In this document: in pieces, positions 6,259-11,182 of the stretch
Layout: every line of letters begins with the position of its first letter
Position numbering within the stretch: position 1 is the first letter of the stretch
Source of the DNA: Candidatus Rokuibacteriota bacterium
GTDB taxonomy: Bacteria; Methylomirabilota; Methylomirabilia; Rokubacteriales; CSP1-6
Assembly: GCA_016184305.1 (NCBI GenBank)
Contig: JACPCX010000048.1
Span: forward strand, 1 to 11,182
Length of the DNA stretch: 11,182 nt
Direction: 5' to 3'
Made by a program: the position numbers and the translations under genes
The notes under the pieces: model-generated
The model's database searches: none
What the model was told of the DNA's origin: nothing
The model's input: only the letters and a program-made list of their open reading frames with translations

Positions 6259-7854
6259 TTGCCACAGATCGGCTACGCGCAGCGCCAGGCGCCCATGGGG
6301 CGCCGGGGCATGGTGGCCTCATGCCACCCCTCGGCCTCCTTCGCCGGGGTCCAGGTGCTCCAGGCGGGCGGCACCGTGGCCGACGCCGCCGTCGCCACCA
6401 ACGCCGTGCTCGCCGTCACCCAGCCCAATTTCTGCGGAGTGGGCGGCGATCTGTTCTGCCTCTACTATGATGCCGCCACCCGCCGCGTCCACTTCCTGAA
6501 CGGCGCGGGCCGGTCGGGTTCGCGGGCCGCGCTTGCCGAGCTCGCGCGCCGCGGACTCTCGGCCGTGCCGTTCCTGGGACCGGGCTCCGTGTCCGTGCCC
6601 GGCGTCACCCGCGCCTGGCGCATGCTGCTCGAGCGCTTCGGGACGCGTCCGCTCCCGAGCCTGCTCGCGCCGGCCATCCACTACGCGCGCGAGGGCTTTC
6701 CGATCTCCGACATCGTCTGCCAGGCCATTCACGAGCGCTTCGAGGTGATCGACGACGCCGAGTGGCGGCGCGTCTTCGTGCCGGGTGGCGTCTTCCCGAC
6801 GCGGGGCGACTGCTTCCGGCAGCCCGATCTTGCCCGCACGCTCGCCGAGCTCGGGGAGGAGCCCGATCTCTTCTACCGTGGACGGGTTGCCCGGGCCATC
6901 GCCCGGCGCCTCGAGGACCAGGGGTTCCTCAACCCCGCGGACCTCGCCGAGCACTCGGGCCAGTGGGGCGAGCCGATCCAGATGAGCTATCGCGGCTACA
7001 CGGTGTACGAGACTCCGCCGCCGACACAGGGGGTGGCGGCGCTGCTCACGCTCAACCTGCTGGAGGGCTTCGATCTCGCGGCGCATCCCGTCCACTCCGC
7101 CGAGCACCTGCATCTCCTGCTGGAGATGACGAAGCTCGCCTACGCCGACCGCGACCGCTGGGTGGCCGATCCCGAGCAGGCCCGCGTCCCCGTGGCGTCG
7201 CTCCTCGACAAGGCCTACGCCGCGCGGCGCCGCGCGGACTTCGATCCGGAGAAGGCGCAAAGCCACGCCTGGGGCGATCCGGACGGGGGCACCACGGGCT
7301 TCGTGGTCGCCGACGGCCGGGGCAACCTGATCAGCGTGATCCAGAGCCTCTACAAGTCCTTCGGCTCGGGCGTGATCCCGCCGGGCACGGGCGTGGTGCT
7401 CCACAACCGCGGCGCCTACTTCAACACCGATCCCGCGCATCCCAACTGCTTCGCGCCCCGCAAGCGCCCCTTCCACACGCTGCTGGCCTGCGTGGTCACG
7501 CGGGAGGAGCGCCCGGTGCTGGGCTACTCCACCATGGGCGGCGACGGGCAGGCCATGTTCCACGCCCAGGGGCTCACCAACGTGCTCGACTACGGCATGG
7601 AGATCCAGGAAGCCATCGAGCGGCCGCGCTTCATGTACGGGCCGCTGACCCCGGGAGACCCGGCGGACGTCCTCAGGGTCGAGGGGCGCGTGTCCGCGCC
7701 GGTGCGCGAGGAGCTGGCTCGCCGCGGCCACAGCGTCCATGCCGTGTCCGACTGGTTCTCCCAGATGGGACATGCCCAGGGCATCACCCTGACCGACGGC
7801 ACCCTTGCCGGCGGCGCCGATCCGCGCGGCGACGGCGCGGCGCTGGGATTCTGA
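6259..7854 (+). CDS. ggt: Gamma-glutamyltransferase family protein (Ntn hydrolase, YwrD/HpxW-like, probably cytoplasmic)
   Basis: GGAGG at 6248-6252 precedes a TTG start. Motifs include GGTVADAAVA, GVGGDLF, VSVPG, QPDLARTL and PPPTQG. The predicted autocleavage Thr345 lies in GG-TTGFVVADGRGN, followed by SFGSG, LHNRG, PRKRPFHTL, MGGDGQ and GGADPRGDG. No signal peptide is evident. Confidence 0.93.
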   Translation: MPQIGYAQRQAPMGRRGMVASCHPSASFAGVQVLQAGGTVADAAVATNAVLAVTQPNFCGVGGDLFCLYYDAATRRVHFLNGAGRSGSRAALAELARRGLSAVPFLGPGSVSVPGVTRAWRMLLERFGTRPLPSLLAPAIHYAREGFPISDIVCQAIHERFEVIDDAEWRRVFVPGGVFPTRGDCFRQPDLARTLAELGEEPDLFYRGRVARAIARRLEDQGFLNPADLAEHSGQWGEPIQMSYRGYTVYETPPPTQGVAALLTLNLLEGFDLAAHPVHSAEHLHLLLEMTKLAYADRDRWVADPEQARVPVASLLDKAYAARRRADFDPEKAQSHAWGDPDGGTTGFVVADGRGNLISVIQSLYKSFGSGVIPPGTGVVLHNRGAYFNTDPAHPNCFAPRKRPFHTLLACVVTREERPVLGYSTMGGDGQAMFHAQGLTNVLDYGMEIQEAIERPRFMYGPLTPGDPADVLRVEGRVSAPVREELARRGHSVHAVSDWFSQMGHAQGITLTDGTLAGGADPRGDGAALGF

Positions 7855-7856
7855 GG

Positions 7857-8435
7857 GTGGACAGGCTGCGGCGTCTGCTGGCGATCACGCTGCTCCTGGC
7901 CGTGTGCGTCGCCCTCTGGCCGCCCGTCGCGGGCGCCCTGGACTGGGGGGGCATCGAGCCGGGCGTCACCACGGCCGAGCAGGTCCGCGAGCGGTACGGC
8001 CCCCCGACGAAGGAGATCAAGCGCAAGGTCGAGGGGTACGACACCTTCGAATGGCTCTACGAGAGCCGCCAGGCGCCGGTGGGCTTCATCCGCATGACGG
8101 TGGACTTCGGCCTCCTCACGCCTGCGGGCTACAGCTCGTCGGTGGTGCGCGTGCTGAGGCTCGAGCCCAAGCCCTTCATCTTCGGACGGGACACGATCAT
8201 CGACGGCTGGGGCGTCCCCGATCAGATGGGCGTCAAGGACGAGCGGGAGATGTTCGTGTACCGCGCGGGGCTCGTCGTGATCTTCGACCAGAGCGGCGTC
8301 CTCGCGACGAGCCTGTACTTCAGCGTGAAGCAGCCGGACCAGCCGGCCGCGGCCCCCGTGCCGTCGGCCACGCCGCCGGCGGGCTCGCCCGCCCCCGCGA
8401 GGCCCCGGCCGGCCACGCCGCCGGTACGCCGGTAG
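7857..8435 (+). CDS. Hypothetical secreted/periplasmic protein with Pro/Ala-rich tail
   Basis: GTG 2 nt after the ggt stop. Classic signal peptide MDRLRRLLAITLLLAVCVALWPPVAGA-LDW, a globular region of about 135 aa, and a low-complexity C-terminus. 192 aa in total. Confidence 0.85.
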   Translation: MDRLRRLLAITLLLAVCVALWPPVAGALDWGGIEPGVTTAEQVRERYGPPTKEIKRKVEGYDTFEWLYESRQAPVGFIRMTVDFGLLTPAGYSSSVVRVLRLEPKPFIFGRDTIIDGWGVPDQMGVKDEREMFVYRAGLVVIFDQSGVLATSLYFSVKQPDQPAAAPVPSATPPAGSPAPARPRPATPPVRR

Positions 8436-8469
8436 CCCGGGCGTCCCGTTGCGGTTCCGCGCCGAGCAT

Positions 8470-9426
8470 ATGATCGACCATCTCCTGGCCCTGGATCCCG
8501 GGGGCCGCGGCATCGCCGGGTTCTTCGTCGAGGGCGGGGCGGAGCGCGCCGCGCGGGCGCTGGCGCGAGGCCGCCGGGTCCTGATCACCACCGGCTTCGC
8601 GTTTGGTCCCGGGGAGCCGGAAACCGATGGGCCTCCCGGGGCGGCCTCGCTCGGCCGGGCACTGCGTCTCCTGGGCAAGGAGGTCACCTACGTGACCGAC
8701 CCCGTGACGGTGCCGCCGCTCGAGGCCGCGCTGCGCTCGCTCGGGGAGCCCGCGGCCATCGTCACCTTCGACGCGACGGATGCCACCGCGCCCGCGGTGG
8801 CCCGCCGGCTCCTCGCCGAGCACGCGCCGACCCATCTCGTCGCCATCGAGCGTCCGGGGCGGACGCGCACGGGCGATTATCTGAGCGCCCGCGGGGAATC
8901 CATCCGCGCGTGGAACGCGCCGCTCGATGCCCTGTTCATCGCGGCGCCGCGCCGGCTGGTGACCATCGGCGTGGGGGACGGCGGCAACGAGATCGGCATG
9001 GGCAACGTCCTCGGCCGGATCGCGCGCGGCGGGGCGAAGGCGCGGCGCATGGCCTCCGTCGTCACGGTGAGCCACCTCGTGGTGGCCGGCACCTCCAACT
9101 GGGGCGCCTATGGCGTCGTGGCGGCGCTGTCGTATCTCGACGGACGGGACCTCCTGCACTCGGCGGCGGAGGAGCGCCGGATGGTCGCCGCCTGCGCCCG
9201 GGCCGGCGCCGTGGACGGGATCACCCGCCTTCACGAGCCCACCGTGGACGGCTTGCCCTTGGAGGCGCACGTAGGCATGCTGGAGCTGTTGAGAGTGGCC
9301 GCCCGGAGCCGGCGCAGCGCGCGCTCCCCCGGGCGCGCGACAGTCGCGAAGACCCAGAGGGCCGTGAGCCCAGCCAGGCCGGCCACGGCCGCCCAATCAG
9401 TCACGACCGGAGGACGATCCAGATGA
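8470..9426 (+). CDS. DUF4392 / D-glutamate cyclase C-terminal-like domain protein
   Basis: Motifs DPGGRGI, VLITTGF, ETDGPPGA, LVAIERPGR..GDY, TIGVGDGGNEIGMG, LVVAGTSNWGAYG, GAVDG and VDG are typical of DUF4392. ATG 8470 is preferred; TTG 8449 is possible. Confidence 0.88.
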   Translation: MIDHLLALDPGGRGIAGFFVEGGAERAARALARGRRVLITTGFAFGPGEPETDGPPGAASLGRALRLLGKEVTYVTDPVTVPPLEAALRSLGEPAAIVTFDATDATAPAVARRLLAEHAPTHLVAIERPGRTRTGDYLSARGESIRAWNAPLDALFIAAPRRLVTIGVGDGGNEIGMGNVLGRIARGGAKARRMASVVTVSHLVVAGTSNWGAYGVVAALSYLDGRDLLHSAAEERRMVAACARAGAVDGITRLHEPTVDGLPLEAHVGMLELLRVAARSRRSARSPGRATVAKTQRAVSPARPATAAQSVTTGGRSR

Positions 9427-10766
9427 CGCAGACGGCGAAGCCATCGAAGGTGCATGAGACCTATCGCGCTCTCCACCCCAGGTCGGCCGCGCTCTGGGAG
9501 CGCGCGCGCGCCGTGATCCCCGGCGGCGTCACCCACGACGGCCGCCACCTCAACCCTTTCCCCATCTACGTCGAGCGGGCGCAGGGCTCGCGCAAGTGGG
9601 ACGTGGACGGCCACGAGTACGTGGACTACTGGATGGGGCACGGCGCCCTCTTCCTCGGCCACTGTCACCCCGCGGTGGTGACGGCCATCCAGGCCCAGGC
9701 CGCCCGCGGCACGCATCTGGGCGCCTGCCACGAGCTGGAGTTGCGCTGGGCCGAGCTGATCGGAAGGCTCATCCCCTCGGCCGAGATGGTGCGCTTCACG
9801 ATGTCCGGCACCGAGGCCACTCACCTGGCCATGCGCATCGCGCGCGCCTACACGGGCCGCTCCAAGGTGGTGAAGTTCCACGGCCACTTCCACGGCTGGG
9901 CCGACGGCGTGGTGGCCGGCGTCAACCCGCCCTTCGACGTCCCGATGTCGGCGGGCGTGCCCGCGGGCGTGCTGGAGCAGGTGCTGCTCTGTCCCCCCAA
10001 CGACATCAAGGCGGTGGACGGTCTGCTCCAGCGCGGGGATGTGGCGGCCGTCATCCTCGAGCCCGCCGGCGGCCAGGCCGGCACCACGCCCACGATCCCC
10101 GGGTATCTGCAGGAGCTCCGCGGCCTCACCGAGCGGAACGGCGTCGTCCTCATCTTCGACGAGGTCATCACGGGCTTCCGCTACGCGCCCGGCGGCGCCC
10201 AGGCCTACTTCGGCGTGACCCCCGACCTCACCACGCTGGCCAAGATCGTGGCGGGCGGGCTGCCGGGCGGCGCCGTCGTGGGAAAGAAGCCGCTCATGAG
10301 CATGATGGCCCACCGCGGCGACCCGGTGTGGGACCGCGCCCAGCGGGTCGCGCAGAACGGCACCTTCAACTCCAACCCGCTCTGCGCGGCGGCTGCCATC
10401 GCCACCCTGGAGGCGGTGTCGGACGGCTCCCTCCACGCCCGCGCCAACAAGGCGGGCGACGAGCTGCGCGCGGGGCTCGGCGAGGCGATGAAGCGCGCCG
10501 ACGTCCCCGGCGCCGTCTTCGGCGAGGCCTCCATCTACCACGTCTCCTTCGAGGGCCGGCCGGGGCTCGCCGGCTTCGACCGCCCCCGGCGAGGCGATCT
10601 CTACCATCTCCTGCGCTGCGCCCTGCTCAACAACGGGATCGACTGGTCCAACTATCACGGCTGGATCTCGGCGGTGCACACCGCCGAGGACCTCGCGCGC
10701 ACCGTGGCGGGCTACGAGAAGGCGTTCGCGGCCATGGCGGCGGACGGCGCCTTCCAGGGCATGTAG
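9423..10766 (+). CDS. PLP-dependent class III aminotransferase, glutamate-1-semialdehyde 2,1-aminomutase-like
   Basis: GGAGGA at 9409-9414 and an ATGA overlap with the upstream stop; 447 aa. Motifs include IPGGV, WDVDGHEYVDY, LFLGH, SGTEAT, KFHGHFHG, AVILEP, LIFDEVITGFR, PDLTTLAK(274)IVAGGLP and GTFNSNPL. Confidence 0.92.
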   Translation: MTQTAKPSKVHETYRALHPRSAALWERARAVIPGGVTHDGRHLNPFPIYVERAQGSRKWDVDGHEYVDYWMGHGALFLGHCHPAVVTAIQAQAARGTHLGACHELELRWAELIGRLIPSAEMVRFTMSGTEATHLAMRIARAYTGRSKVVKFHGHFHGWADGVVAGVNPPFDVPMSAGVPAGVLEQVLLCPPNDIKAVDGLLQRGDVAAVILEPAGGQAGTTPTIPGYLQELRGLTERNGVVLIFDEVITGFRYAPGGAQAYFGVTPDLTTLAKIVAGGLPGGAVVGKKPLMSMMAHRGDPVWDRAQRVAQNGTFNSNPLCAAAAIATLEAVSDGSLHARANKAGDELRAGLGEAMKRADVPGAVFGEASIYHVSFEGRPGLAGFDRPRRGDLYHLLRCALLNNGIDWSNYHGWISAVHTAEDLARTVAGYEKAFAAMAADGAFQGM

Positions 10767-10768
10767 CG

Positions 10769-11092
10769 ATGGAGCAGGCGGCGCGGCGGGCCAAGCTCCA
10801 GGAGCTGCGCGAGCTGGCCCAGGGCTCGGAGGAGTTCGAGGGCGGCGTCACCTTCGAGGAGGAGACGGAGGCGCTGATCGTGGGCGACTGGGCCATCTTC
10901 GCCGTGGACGACCTCGGCGATCTGGCGCTGTCCTTCCACCTCGCCGCCCACCCGCTGGCCGTGGCGCGGCTCACGCGCTTCCTCGTCCAGCACGAGGTGC
11001 CCTTCGTGCTCCACGAGTCCTTCATCGTCGACGACGACGACCGGATCGTCTTCGAGTCGGACACCGGCGCCGACTCGCCCGGCCAGAGCTAG
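10769..11092 (+). CDS. Small acidic hypothetical protein (107 aa)
   Basis: ATG 2 nt after the aminotransferase stop. The protein-like composition (MEQAARRAKLQELRELAQGSEEF...) contrasts with the Arg/Pro-rich shadow sequence upstream in the same frame. Third-position GC bias is strong. Confidence 0.85.
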   Translation: MEQAARRAKLQELRELAQGSEEFEGGVTFEEETEALIVGDWAIFAVDDLGDLALSFHLAAHPLAVARLTRFLVQHEVPFVLHESFIVDDDDRIVFESDTGADSPGQS

Positions 11093-11110
11093 CTCGACCG
11101 CTTCTCTGGG

Positions 11111-11139
11111 TGGACACCTCCCACCCTCTCGGGTAACCT
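11111..11139 (+). promoter_or_regulatory. Sigma70-type promoter for the tRNA
   Basis: TGGACA (11111-11116), a 17-bp spacer, then TAACCT (11134-11139), 14 nt upstream of the tRNA 5' end. Confidence 0.65.
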
Positions 11140-11153
11140 CGGCCTCCTGTGGT

Positions 11154-11182
11154 GGGCTGGTAGCTCAGTTGGTAGAGCACAG
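11154..11182 (+). tRNA. tRNA, 5' portion only (truncated by window end; isotype not visible, Phe plausible)
   Basis: GGGCTGG (acceptor 5' strand), TA, GCTC-AGTTGGTA-GAGC (D arm), A, CAG (start of anticodon stem). The anticodon lies outside the window. Confidence 0.9.

Noticed and set aside
6762..7856. Long N-terminal extensions of ORFs 6762..8435, 8910..10766 and 9596..11092
   Set aside because: They are off-frame overlaps with the upstream genes. Protein-like sequence begins at 7857, 9423 and 10769 respectively.
9423..10766. Assigning hemL
   Set aside because: The NSPVRA signature is absent and there is no heme-pathway context.
1..11182. CRISPR array, tandem repeat array, or recognisable riboswitch
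   Set aside because: No regularly spaced direct repeats or known riboswitch consensus were found by eye. A covariance-model scan was not possible.

Overview
Very GC-rich bacterial window with two contrasting halves. The gene style is reminiscent of Candidatus Rokubacteria/Methylomirabilota, but that is inference only. Bases 1-4194 form a deletion-scarred block. It holds a decayed C-terminal remnant of an IS91-like transposase with a perfect 20-bp inverted repeat, and a class A PBP (PBP1B-like) that has lost its KTG motif and is frameshifted so that it reads in frame into an rlpA-like lipoprotein gene. It also holds a DUF748-like gene reduced to fragments, a truncated and frameshifted BON-domain lipoprotein gene, and an 84-nt fragment of a probable mobile-element protein. 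Bases 4195-11182 look intact. A minus-strand membrane protein gene is followed by a hairpin-rich spacer and a near-consensus sigma70 promoter. That promoter precedes a tightly coupled six-gene run: PurM/HypE-like (AIR synthase family) protein, gamma-glutamyltransferase-family Ntn hydrolase, secreted protein, DUF4392 (D-glutamate cyclase-like) protein, GSA-aminomutase-like class III aminotransferase, and a small acidic protein. The window ends in the 5' half of a tRNA with its own promoter. The best candidate for an undescribed system is this glutamate/gamma-glutamyl-themed operon.
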